Virus record (IMG/VR): IMGVR_UViG_3300037235_000042
Coordinates: 34,272-98,271 of that record
Reading direction: 5' to 3' (one strand)
Length of the DNA stretch: 64,000 nucleotides
DNA from: a virus
Position numbers and translations under genes: made by a program. Shown in pieces: positions 1-8,991 of the stretch. Numbering within the stretch: the first letter of the stretch is position 1; every line of letters starts with the position of its first letter. Below the pieces are notes generated by a model that was given only the letters and a program-made list of their open reading frames with translations, had not been told where the DNA came from and did not search any database.

Positions 1-5
1 CCCGT

Positions 6-254
6 TTGCCTATTGAACAACGGACGATCATGGCGCTGAATCTCTACCAGTGCTGGAAGGATGCACGGACAGTTCAGGAATGCCTGATCAAGTTGAAGGA
101 TCTGGAGAGGTATCTGGAAAAGGATAACGGTGGTCCAGGAAGCGGACATAGACGTAATCAATACGCGTTCAAATGCGGCCCGAGGGTAGCTGAGGTAATG
201 GAATTCGACCGCAGGATCGAGAGGTTGAAGGATCAGGTTACGACGGTCGAGTAA
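6..254 (+). CDS. hypothetical protein
   Basis: 82-aa ORF converging on the end of the late operon; start uncertain. Confidence 0.55.
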   Translation: MPIEQRTIMALNLYQCWKDARTVQECLIKLKDLERYLEKDNGGPGSGHRRNQYAFKCGPRVAEVMEFDRRIERLKDQVTTVE

Positions 255-259
255 ACCGA

Positions 260-451
260 TCAGCAATCCGGCTTGTGGACGATTATTAAAGTGTCGACGT
301 TCGGGATTATCTGCGGTCGACAGTCGCAATCCCTTCCGATCTTGTGGCCGTGATGAAACTGAACCCCGTCGATCTCAATCCCTTGTACGACGTCGATCTG
401 CACGACTTCTGCTTCACCGTCGTCGGGGATTACCAGCCATTGACGTTTCAT
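260..451 (-). CDS. small His/Cys protein (HxxxxxCxCxP...H), likely metal-binding
   Basis: HHGHKIGRDCDCRP...IIVH motif; last gene of the minus-strand operon. Confidence 0.6.
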   Translation of the reverse strand: MKRQWLVIPDDGEAEVVQIDVVQGIEIDGVQFHHGHKIGRDCDCRPQIIPNVDTLIIVHKPDC

Positions 452-683
452 CTTCTTGGGAAGAGTCGATCTCTTTCTTGAGTTCGTTGGCCATTTTTAA
501 CAAATGATCAGGTTCTTCGGACTCTAGGATTGACATAACCTCGTCGCGGGAGAGATCGATCAGGAATCCTCCGTCGATAGGCGAACTCCCGGCGAGGAAG
601 ATCGAACAATGATCGTCGTCGATGGGCTTGACCACGGCTAGGAGATCAGTGTTGATTAGTAATTCGTCGAGCAGGATGAACAT
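414..683 (-). CDS. hypothetical protein
   Basis: ATG directly follows the stop of the 844-aa gene. Confidence 0.6.
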   Translation of the reverse strand: MFILLDELLINTDLLAVVKPIDDDHCSIFLAGSSPIDGGFLIDLSRDEVMSILESEEPDHLLKMANELKKEIDSSQEDETSMAGNPRRR

Positions 684-3218
684 TTACCTATTAACCTCTT
701 CTCTGGTTTCCGTCTCTTCTTTCTGATCTTCCTTAGGCGCTGACTGTCCCGCGACCGCAGCTCCCGCGTAGCGTCCGACTCGACGAGGCTTATCCAATCT
801 ACCAGACTTGGCCGGAGTAATCTTAACCCTTCTAGGCGGTTTCGCTCCACGATACGCTGAGTATTGCGTTAACTGTCGGTCGAGATCCGCGATGGAGTTC
901 TGGATCTGTTGCTGCAGATCCGACGGTAACGCAGCATAAGGCGTGATATTCCGTCCTCCTCCAGCCCTGGCCACGTAATCCTGCAACCGCTTCATGGCTT
1001 GGTACGCCATCTGTGGATCGGTCGTGTACATCGTCCCTGGACCGACACGGGACACGTCACCACCAGAAGTTTCAGGGATCATTTGCCAGACGGTTTCACG
1101 TTTGGTCGGAGAGCCGGTAAAACTACGATCAGGCGTGATACTCCCTTTCGGGCCGATTTCAAGCTTTCGCTCCTTGGGTGGAGTGTAGTAATCCTTGTGG
1201 AACGCCGGATCACCACCGACGCCGGTTCTTCCCTTGTGCGAAGACGGCTCGAAAGGTTCATAGCTAGGATTGGGAACTTCCCGCGTCCCCGCGTACTCCA
1301 TCCGAGTCGACCGTTCATAAGGAGTGATTAATTCCTGAGGAATTCCGCCGTTGACGCGAAACATGGGCTCCCCCGGAGAGGAAGTAGTCATGTCACGTAC
1401 TGGAACAGCACTGAAACTGTCTGCTTGGCCTTTTCCGTAAACTCGATGAATAGGTGCTTGTGAAGACGATGGAAGGGCTTTCTGTTCCACCGGAGCGACT
1501 TCTACCTTTTCTCCAGTTGCACCTTCGCCGAGCTTCCCTACTCCTTGCTTGAACCAGAGGTTGAACTCCCCGGCTGGTTCACGTTCGAATCTTAACGCCC
1601 GCTTGGCGACGTGGCGTTCCCACAACGAACCGTGTTCCAGATTACCAAGATAACCTTTCGCTACTTCAGCTGCTTGGCTAGGGTCGACATCAGCGAAGTA
1701 GGTCGCGTGAATGCCGTCACGGAAGCGGATCGCCGCAGCTTCCCTGGCTCCGTATTGTCGAAGGTCGACTCCGCTTATTTCAGATAACTTCGGATACATG
1801 AACTGCCGGATCGAGTCAGCGGCGATCTTCCATGCGTAGATTGTGTCAGCGGACGCACCAATAGTCTTACCAGGGACTCCACTTAGCGCTCCCTTGATCT
1901 TCTTGTTCGCGGTTATTTTGATATCGTTCAACTCGCCGATATTCTTAGCGTCGTCGACACGGTCAGCGAGGTTGTAGAGCGCTCTGGCGAGTTGAGGGTT
2001 GGCTGCTTTCTCTTCTTCAGCTGCGGAATTCATCAGATCGTCTATGATCTTAGGCTTTATATCCTTGATGGAATCCGCCGCGTATTCCTGCGCGATCTTT
2101 CTAAACGGACGGTCAGCAATATCAACCGCGCCACTTGAAGCTTCTAGCGCCCGTCGTGCACCAGCGCGGATATTGCTCACGAACTTCCCAGTCGGGTTCC
2201 CTTGAGCATCAAACGCGGGTTCTACCCGTTGAAACCACTTCGCACCGCGCCGGACAGGAAACGATCCCGTGAACCGGCCTTTCATACTTTTGGTGGCCGG
2301 ACTCTCTGAGAAGAAATCCGGATGAACAACTCTTTCTTCCAAGGACCGCTGGTCGACGTAGCCGCTTTCCTGCAGCCATTGTTTCAACAAGGGTCGAACC
2401 TGTTGAGCGATCCACAAGTTATCATGGACTTCACCGTAGATCGGTGTTCGATCAGCTTGGGACTTCCCGATCATTGCGGCGAGACTTTCGTCTTCCTTAA
2501 CCGCGTGTCGGCCTGTAGCCTCACTGGATTCACTCCCGCCGACGACTTTCTTCAACAATTTCCCTGCGCCGATAGTTGCAGCAGGAACGGTAAACATCGA
2601 CGCAAGGCCACTAGTGTACATCCCTGCACCGAAGTCCCTCCAAGCCTGATCAGGATCGCCGCCGAACAAGGCTGAGGTGAAGTTAAGTGATTTCCAAGCT
2701 TCCTTTGCTCCACCTTCTTTATTCGCTTCAGGATGAGATTGGAGATAACGTTGGAATTCTGAATCTGGTCTATCGGTTAATTGCCGGAAGGGGTCGGTCA
2801 GTCCCTTGCCGAAGTTCAGCGTAGAATCCCAGATCTTCTTCCCGGTCATCGGTCGGCCAGTTTCAGGATCGTTCAGAATAGCCATCGGTGCGCCGAGCTG
2901 GTCGGCTATTCCTTTACCTAATTCAACGATGCCTGACGCTGCCCGGACGGTTCCGGCGTCGGACGTGGGTTCAACCTTTGTCTTCGGCCCAGCAGCAGGA
3001 CGTTTAGCCTGTGCATAAGCAGCTGGAGCCAAGCGTTCAATGGTCTCGTCGAATTTCCTGTCTGACAGCTTGCCGAAATCCGGATCATGTTGCGCAAGGA
3101 AATCCTTCTGCCCCTTGGGCGTCATGGCATGGAAATCCGGATCGTTCAGCACTGATTGGATGACTTGGGAGTTATCCTGGGGGCTGGACGCCTGCGGGTT
3201 GTTTTGCTCCGGGGGCAT
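684..3218 (-). CDS. large virion internal/DNA-ejection protein (putative)
   Basis: 844 aa, Cys-free, helical; N-terminal DPDF repeats; last of three such genes after nozzle and GNAT, as in podovirus ejectosome loci. Confidence 0.6.
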   Translation of the reverse strand: MPPEQNNPQASSPQDNSQVIQSVLNDPDFHAMTPKGQKDFLAQHDPDFGKLSDRKFDETIERLAPAAYAQAKRPAAGPKTKVEPTSDAGTVRAASGIVELGKGIADQLGAPMAILNDPETGRPMTGKKIWDSTLNFGKGLTDPFRQLTDRPDSEFQRYLQSHPEANKEGGAKEAWKSLNFTSALFGGDPDQAWRDFGAGMYTSGLASMFTVPAATIGAGKLLKKVVGGSESSEATGRHAVKEDESLAAMIGKSQADRTPIYGEVHDNLWIAQQVRPLLKQWLQESGYVDQRSLEERVVHPDFFSESPATKSMKGRFTGSFPVRRGAKWFQRVEPAFDAQGNPTGKFVSNIRAGARRALEASSGAVDIADRPFRKIAQEYAADSIKDIKPKIIDDLMNSAAEEEKAANPQLARALYNLADRVDDAKNIGELNDIKITANKKIKGALSGVPGKTIGASADTIYAWKIAADSIRQFMYPKLSEISGVDLRQYGAREAAAIRFRDGIHATYFADVDPSQAAEVAKGYLGNLEHGSLWERHVAKRALRFEREPAGEFNLWFKQGVGKLGEGATGEKVEVAPVEQKALPSSSQAPIHRVYGKGQADSFSAVPVRDMTTSSPGEPMFRVNGGIPQELITPYERSTRMEYAGTREVPNPSYEPFEPSSHKGRTGVGGDPAFHKDYYTPPKERKLEIGPKGSITPDRSFTGSPTKRETVWQMIPETSGGDVSRVGPGTMYTTDPQMAYQAMKRLQDYVARAGGGRNITPYAALPSDLQQQIQNSIADLDRQLTQYSAYRGAKPPRRVKITPAKSGRLDKPRRVGRYAGAAVAGQSAPKEDQKEETETREEVNR

Positions 3219-5403
3219 ACTTTTTGTTCAACCGTTCCTGGATTTCTTCGTCAGATTCCTTCTTCTCTCCAGCAGCAGCGTGGTGTTCCGCTGGTTCCGC
3301 TGATCGAGGGAACTTTTTATCCAGCTCCTCCTGCATATCCTTCGGCAGAAATCCCTTAGCTACATCGACGTCGTCTTGCAGGGTGTTGAGTTTCTGGGTC
3401 GCCTGAGCCTCGTCTTGGACATTGACGCCTAGCACGGGAAGTTCGTTCGACAACATGGCGTACATGGCCTGTTGAGGCTTACCGGAACTTCCTTGGAGCG
3501 AACGGATCGTAGCAGCGTTCGTCCAGGCGCGAAAGAAGTTGGTCAGATAAGTTTGTCCCGCCGGGCTCACCTTGCTTAAAGCTTCGTTGACTGCCGGGAT
3601 CGCTGACCAGTTGTCTTTGAAATATGCCAGCCAGCCATAGTCGGAAGAATCATGCCCAGCGGATTGAGTCTTGGCCAGCGAATCCAAAGCCCGCATGGCG
3701 ACTGAGATATTCTGCAGATCTTCTTTGTTCCTTAGAACGTTCAACGTAGATTTTCGCAGCCCGATATCCGTCTTCGATCCCGGCATGCCGTTGATCGTCA
3801 GTTCCTGTCCAGCGATAGCCTTAGCCGCACCTTGGTTATCCTTGGAGTATTTCTGGAACGCAATCGCGCCATGAGGAACGCCAGATTCTTGTGCGACCTT
3901 GTCTGCTTGTTTGAGATGATCTTCGACAGTTTTAGACTTATGGTGTTCAGGGGTAGGCTTCGTGGCCTTCGGAGGAACGTTGTGTAACGGCTGTTCTCCT
4001 CCTCCACGTTCACCTTCGCCGATTAGTTGTGCCCCTTCCTTAACCGCGCCTTCCGAGCCGACGTCGATTGGCTTGTCGACCTTCGTCCCCTTAGGTGGAG
4101 CGATCATCTGATGCTTGTACTGCGGCATGAACGGGACGACTAGTGTAGTAGGATTCCCGTTCGCGTCTCGTCCATCGATTTTTATATACTGCCCCTTCTG
4201 CGGAACCTTACCAACTTCTGCGCCTTCCCAAGTCTTGGTTAGAGGGTTGAAAACTCTTTGCACCGGTTGACCACTGGCGTCAGCGGTGGTCTTCAACTGA
4301 CCGGAGACGGTCATAGGTTCGTAGCGGACCATGGGCTGCCCGCCTGACTCGCCGTAGATAACTTCTCGGTAAGCATCTCCATCAGCCGGAGTGAACGTTC
4401 CACTCGGCCCAGGAACGCCGTTCGGATACATTTTCTTCAAATCTGTTCCAGTCACGTTCGGCCCGTAGCGGGGTGCGAAATACTTAGCTGCTCCTTGCGA
4501 GGCCGTTCCTCCGAGCGCCGAGATAGCGTCCTTAGTCTGCTGGATCTGACCGTCGTGTTGAGCCTTCGCCGCGTCGTCCATCTTCGACGTGTCCTGCTGC
4601 GTCAGGTCAGCCAGCTTACTCTGCAGCTCGACCTTCCGGGCTTCGTTCTCGGCGTTCTGTCCGCCGTATTTCTGATCGGCTTGGGCCTGTTTTGATCCTA
4701 GCTGATTGGCTTGGATATAAACCGGTGGCCCGAGCTTTAGTAGGGTTCCATAGATCCCTTCCATCTTCTCTTGGGGATCTTTCGAGAACGCTTGTTGAAT
4801 AGGATTAGCGTTCTGATCCTGTTTCTTTTTCTTCCCCTTTCCTTGCGGAGTGATCTGCGCACCGTAAATCCCCATCCAGTTCTTCCACGAAGTATCGACT
4901 GCGCCACGGGCTTGGTCGAATTCTTTCAACTGACTGTTGATCTCGTCGAGTCGGGCGGCTTGCTTGCTGGAATCTTCAGTCGGCTGACGAAGCGCTGGAT
5001 CACCGGCTGAAGCTTGGGCGGTTCTTGACTGGATCTCTCCTTCGATCTTCTTCTTCTCTTCCTGAAGTTTCTTCGGATCCCCATAACGCTTGACCATGTC
5101 GAGATATTTCTCGGCGTCGTTGTTATAGGAATACTGAGCAGCGTCGGCTTGCTTCTTCAGCTTCAGCGCCTTGATCTGATCAGCTTGAGCTTTCCCTTTC
5201 ATGTAACCGCGCAGGATGGAATCGCCCATCGAAGCGATCCCGCCCAAGGCTCCTTTGCCGCCACCGCCGAAGCCTAGGCTAGAAGGCTTGAACGGAGCCG
5301 GGGTTTCTACTTGTTGTGGAGGAGGCGCGGTGGCAGATTCCGGCAACTGTGCAGGTTGATAAGGCTGAGGGTCGGTCGGGTTATACTGAGGCGTCGTAGG
5401 CAT
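3172..5403 (-). CDS. virion internal/DNA-ejection protein (putative)
   Basis: 743 aa, Gln/Lys/Ala-rich coiled-coil, Gly-rich hydrophobic N-terminal patch (GGGGKGALGGIASMGDSIL), Cys-free; synteny. Confidence 0.6.
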   Translation of the reverse strand: MPTTPQYNPTDPQPYQPAQLPESATAPPPQQVETPAPFKPSSLGFGGGGKGALGGIASMGDSILRGYMKGKAQADQIKALKLKKQADAAQYSYNNDAEKYLDMVKRYGDPKKLQEEKKKIEGEIQSRTAQASAGDPALRQPTEDSSKQAARLDEINSQLKEFDQARGAVDTSWKNWMGIYGAQITPQGKGKKKKQDQNANPIQQAFSKDPQEKMEGIYGTLLKLGPPVYIQANQLGSKQAQADQKYGGQNAENEARKVELQSKLADLTQQDTSKMDDAAKAQHDGQIQQTKDAISALGGTASQGAAKYFAPRYGPNVTGTDLKKMYPNGVPGPSGTFTPADGDAYREVIYGESGGQPMVRYEPMTVSGQLKTTADASGQPVQRVFNPLTKTWEGAEVGKVPQKGQYIKIDGRDANGNPTTLVVPFMPQYKHQMIAPPKGTKVDKPIDVGSEGAVKEGAQLIGEGERGGGEQPLHNVPPKATKPTPEHHKSKTVEDHLKQADKVAQESGVPHGAIAFQKYSKDNQGAAKAIAGQELTINGMPGSKTDIGLRKSTLNVLRNKEDLQNISVAMRALDSLAKTQSAGHDSSDYGWLAYFKDNWSAIPAVNEALSKVSPAGQTYLTNFFRAWTNAATIRSLQGSSGKPQQAMYAMLSNELPVLGVNVQDEAQATQKLNTLQDDVDVAKGFLPKDMQEELDKKFPRSAEPAEHHAAAGEKKESDEEIQERLNKKYAPGAKQPAGVQPPG

Positions 5404-5406
5404 AGG

Positions 5407-6009
5407 TTAAGCCAATATCGCAGCTGTCCCCAGTTCCGCGCCCGATCCGGCGAGACTGCTCAGGGAGCCGAGGACATTCCCTTTCTGCTCCGCTTGGATC
5501 TGTTGCTCAGCGATTTGCTGATTACCGAGATTGGCTAGAGTGCTCGATCCAGCGCTTAAGCTGGAAATTCCCGTCCCTGCAGCTGAGATCGATTCCCCAA
5601 CCCCCTGACCAGCGATCTGCGCTAGGGCATTCGGAGCGCCTAGGAAAGCCTGAGTCGCGGTCTGGCCGACCTGTGCTCCTTTGTTCGCCTGAACGTTGGC
5701 CAAGGCGAGATTCTTTTCGCCGCCAGCCGGAGCGGATTCGAGAATTGACTGGGTTGCGCCTTGGGCGGATTGCTGGATCTGCCCGGCAGCAGGCCCGATA
5801 GCCTGCATGATCGACGAAGGATCGCCGGAAGCCAGTTTGGTGTAGAAATCTTCAGCGGTGGCTAGGCCGGGCTCGGTGAGGCCGAACAGGGTCTGTGCGT
5901 TCTGATTCTGTTGCTGCGCGATTTGAACCAGTGAAGTTTGGTTACTCAACTCCCCCTGAGTTACTTCCAGGCTCGCTCCCGCTGATCCGCCCTTCGAGCT
6001 TCCGCCCAT
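5407..6009 (-). CDS. small DNA-ejection/pilot protein (P22 gp7-like position and composition)
   Basis: MGGSSKGGS start, Ala/Gly/Gln-rich, hydrophobic Gly-rich C-terminus. Confidence 0.65.
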   Translation of the reverse strand: MGGSSKGGSAGASLEVTQGELSNQTSLVQIAQQQNQNAQTLFGLTEPGLATAEDFYTKLASGDPSSIMQAIGPAAGQIQQSAQGATQSILESAPAGGEKNLALANVQANKGAQVGQTATQAFLGAPNALAQIAGQGVGESISAAGTGISSLSAGSSTLANLGNQQIAEQQIQAEQKGNVLGSLSSLAGSGAELGTAAILA

Positions 6010-6667
6010 TTAATTCCCCGTCCTTATAGAGCCTAACTAGTTTCTGTTCAACATACTGTTCAAAATCTTCGATAAACAGGGTCGACGAGACTGCTCCAAC
6101 CAGTTTATCCCCCTGCATCATGTAACGAGGGATCAGGCCATTCTCGCGAAAGCCGAAAGTTCGTGTAAAGCGAGCAGTCAGCCCGTTGCTAGGGTAGCGT
6201 AAACCATGAATAGCCGTCACGTCGAACTGAACAAAAAAGTACGCCAAGCCGAGCATCCCCAGAATTTCCGCCTCAGGCCGTCCCCATACTTCTTTAAACA
6301 GGCCATACCCGGCGAACAGGGCTCGTTCAGGGCCGGTTTTATTCCCGATGACTGGTAGAGTTGACGGAAAACCGATTCCGGCCTCCTTGAACTCTTCCGG
6401 GCCAATCCAGATTCCAGCGATTATGACAGGACGAGTCGCGAGGTAGGTGGTTATGGCGTCGTGCGACAGGTCAGTCATGCCGCAGAACAGGGAAGGGAGG
6501 ATTCCTAAAGGAGACCGTCGCCCGGAATCTTTACACAACTGCCAAAGCTTGGTCAGGTAACCAGGAGGAAAGACATCTGTTCGACTACGGTCGTACAGCA
6601 TGACTTCGCAGTCGCCGATCCTGAACCCATCTTGTTTGAGCGCCAGAAGGACGGAATCTTCCTTCAT
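5942..6667 (-). CDS. GNAT-fold acetyltransferase-like virion assembly protein
   Basis: C-terminal GNAT/RimL-like pattern (IHGLRYPSNGLTARFTRTFGFRENGLIPRY); typical position before ejection genes. Confidence 0.6.
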   Translation of the reverse strand: MKEDSVLLALKQDGFRIGDCEVMLYDRSRTDVFPPGYLTKLWQLCKDSGRRSPLGILPSLFCGMTDLSHDAITTYLATRPVIIAGIWIGPEEFKEAGIGFPSTLPVIGNKTGPERALFAGYGLFKEVWGRPEAEILGMLGLAYFFVQFDVTAIHGLRYPSNGLTARFTRTFGFRENGLIPRYMMQGDKLVGAVSSTLFIEDFEQYVEQKLVRLYKDGELNGRKLEGRISGSEPGSNSGGVE

Positions 6668-7098
6668 TAGAATCCCGTGACGGTGAAGAAGGCCAAGATT
6701 AATGCTGCTACGAAGAAGAACACGCCATATGTTCCCAGAGCTAGGGTGAACGCGTAGCGACTTGCCGTGTAGTTCGATTGCATAGAACCGGTCATTGTGT
6801 AACGGGAGGCGATGTAACTTTCATAAGCCAACGTAACCCAGAGGTTGAAGATCAGCGAACTGACAGTGGAGATCAGGAACATTCCGCCGAGCATGGGAAC
6901 GTGTAGCTCGCCAAACTTGAACGCACCGACCAAAGAAAGGATGAAGATCGTCCAGTAAGTAAAACGATAAGGAGCCCAGACGACCGCGAACATGAACTTG
7001 TGCCCTGCGGGGTCCATTTCGTAAACCTTCCCGCGAAGCCGGAACCAGAAAACCAGCCAGAGCAGGACGAACGCGCTAATGCTAAGGTAGAACATCAA
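6667..7098 (-). CDS. 4-TM membrane protein
   Basis: four hydrophobic segments in 143 aa. Confidence 0.65.
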   Translation of the reverse strand: MMFYLSISAFVLLWLVFWFRLRGKVYEMDPAGHKFMFAVVWAPYRFTYWTIFILSLVGAFKFGELHVPMLGGMFLISTVSSLIFNLWVTLAYESYIASRYTMTGSMQSNYTASRYAFTLALGTYGVFFFVAALILAFFTVTGF

Positions 7099-7385
7099 TT
7101 CGACCTCTGGCCTACGACCATTTGTGGGACTGTTAGTGGAGAAGGACCATTCCAGGTGTTGGACGCGCTTTCCAGATTCGCCGCAGCACTAAGCAACGGC
7201 TGCATACACGGGGAGAGAAGACTGTATTTCCTCTTTATCAGGACGGCTCCAGCTAGTTTGTTGATCGCTTTGCTCATCGACCGGAGAGCGTCGACGATTT
7301 CCATTTCGGTCATGTCGTCCCGGATAGCAACGGACAGGGAATAAAGATCAGCCATTGAGATCTCCTCGCCAGAAGAGTAGAACAT
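7095..7385 (-). CDS. hypothetical protein
   Basis: ORF in operon, overlaps next start; true start may be the second Met (MADLY, GAGGAG upstream). Confidence 0.55.
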   Translation of the reverse strand: MFYSSGEEISMADLYSLSVAIRDDMTEMEIVDALRSMSKAINKLAGAVLIKRKYSLLSPCMQPLLSAAANLESASNTWNGPSPLTVPQMVVGQRSN

Positions 7386-7398
7386 TGTAAGAGATTGG

Positions 7399-7698
7399 TC
7401 AAGTCTTTTCTTGAGGATCGAGATCGATGGTCTTCCCGTTCAGGCTGATCAGTTCCATGTGGGATTGAGTCCGGCGAACGTGCTTGGTTAGCATCTCCTG
7501 ACCTACCCACTGGAGCCATTTCTGGATATCCCCGCCGAATTTCAAATCGAGCGCGGTTGACTCGATGGCGTAGGTTTCCTTAATTCCAGCTATAGTCTGG
7601 TTGGAATCGGTTAGCTCGATGATATGAACGAGGATCGTGTGATGACCAGTGGTTCCATCGACGGAAGGTTTCTCGATTTTCAGCTGATACTTCGACAT
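7399..7698 (-). CDS. hypothetical protein
   Basis: 99-aa ORF in operon. Confidence 0.6.
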   Translation of the reverse strand: MSKYQLKIEKPSVDGTTGHHTILVHIIELTDSNQTIAGIKETYAIESTALDLKFGGDIQKWLQWVGQEMLTKHVRRTQSHMELISLNGKTIDLDPQEKT

Positions 7699-7707
7699 TG
7701 GTAACCT

Positions 7708-8667
7708 TTATAATCGAGCCAGTATTCTAACGTTGCTACCCGTCACTGGAGGCGTTGCGCCTGCGGAAGAATTCGTGTTGTCACCCCCAGAACCATTGAT
7801 TATGACCACAGCTATAAGCGTTTGGCTATCGAAATTTGCAATTAATCTATTGGACTGAGAGTCGGCGGAAAATGGTCCAGTTCTGACTAGTTGTCCGCTG
7901 TTTTTCTGGAGCGAGTAGTAATAAGTCCCAGAAAGAGAAACCGAGCCTCCAGAAGAACTCCCATTCGGCGCGAACTGCTGATACGTGAACACTGTACTTG
8001 AATGGATGTTCAGAACTTGGAACGACCCATCAAACGACGAATCCGCTACGCCGCCGACGACCGCGTTCTCGCCGGGGATTATAGAATTCACGCCGGTCGT
8101 GGTCACGGTCACGATATTCCCTGACCGAACGATGGTTGAAATCGTATAAGAAGTCGGCAAGGTTAGAGTATCGTTGAACGCTGAGTAAGCAACGATGCTG
8201 CGGTCGACTTTCTGATGAACTCCTGAGGAGATTGTAACCGGGACGGTTCCTCCACTGGGAGATCCAAAGTTGACGGTAGAAGTGTTCGTCGTAGGCGCGG
8301 TCGACATCAGGTTGTTCAGAAACGAGGAGGAGGTCTCACGTTGATTAACGTCGTTCAACCGGCGCATGGATTGTAAGACATTCTTCCCTAATATTTCTAG
8401 AGCCTGCCGGATCGTCGCTGGGCCGTAGTTTGCGTCAGCATAGGCCTTCGACACCGCATCTCCAGGATTAGAAGGATCTCCGAGGTTCTGGATCGTGTTG
8501 CCGGACAGGTTCAGGTGGGATTTGACCGTGGTCGTTCCGCCGCTACCGATCAGCGAATCCAGAGCAGCGGTTATATTCTGTAAGGTTTGGTTCAGCAGGG
8601 TTAGATTAGGGTCGTCAAGATCGGACTTCTTGAACGTGACCTGCGGGATGGCTAGCTGGAGCGGCAT
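7708..8667 (-). CDS. tail-associated structural protein (fibre-stem motif + E1-FCCH-like beta domain)
   Basis: LNLSGNTIQNLGDPSNPGDAVSKAYAD fibre repeat; TVTTT...GENAVVGGV...FDGSFQV...TVFTY beta module. Confidence 0.6.
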   Translation of the reverse strand: MPLQLAIPQVTFKKSDLDDPNLTLLNQTLQNITAALDSLIGSGGTTTVKSHLNLSGNTIQNLGDPSNPGDAVSKAYADANYGPATIRQALEILGKNVLQSMRRLNDVNQRETSSSFLNNLMSTAPTTNTSTVNFGSPSGGTVPVTISSGVHQKVDRSIVAYSAFNDTLTLPTSYTISTIVRSGNIVTVTTTGVNSIIPGENAVVGGVADSSFDGSFQVLNIHSSTVFTYQQFAPNGSSSGGSVSLSGTYYYSLQKNSGQLVRTGPFSADSQSNRLIANFDSQTLIAVVIINGSGGDNTNSSAGATPPVTGSNVRILARL

Positions 8668-8681
8668 CTTGGGGCCAATGA

Positions 8682-8966
8682 CTAAACGCTAACCGCTTCT
8701 ACCTTTCGCACGCCTCGACGAGCAGCGAAGTTCTCCGTGAAATCCCGGTCGTCGTCGGATAGGCGTTGGACTAAACGGAAATCCACATCAGCGTGGAGAC
8801 TTAAATAACGTTCGAAACAACCGTAGCATAACCGGAGCTTCCCGACCTGGAACAGAGCCTTCGCGTGACATTCACGGAGATAATTTTCCCCGGTTTGCGT
8901 CGAGACGAGGTTGAAGCGATAACGGCATTGTTCAGGATCGCCGGTTGGATAGTAGGATTTCTTCAT
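8682..8966 (-). CDS. small Cys-containing hypothetical protein
   Basis: C..C..CYGC pattern. Confidence 0.5.
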   Translation of the reverse strand: MKKSYYPTGDPEQCRYRFNLVSTQTGENYLRECHAKALFQVGKLRLCYGCFERYLSLHADVDFRLVQRLSDDDRDFTENFAARRGVRKVEAVSV

Positions 8967-8991
8967 AGATTGTCGGGTAGCTCCTTTCGCT

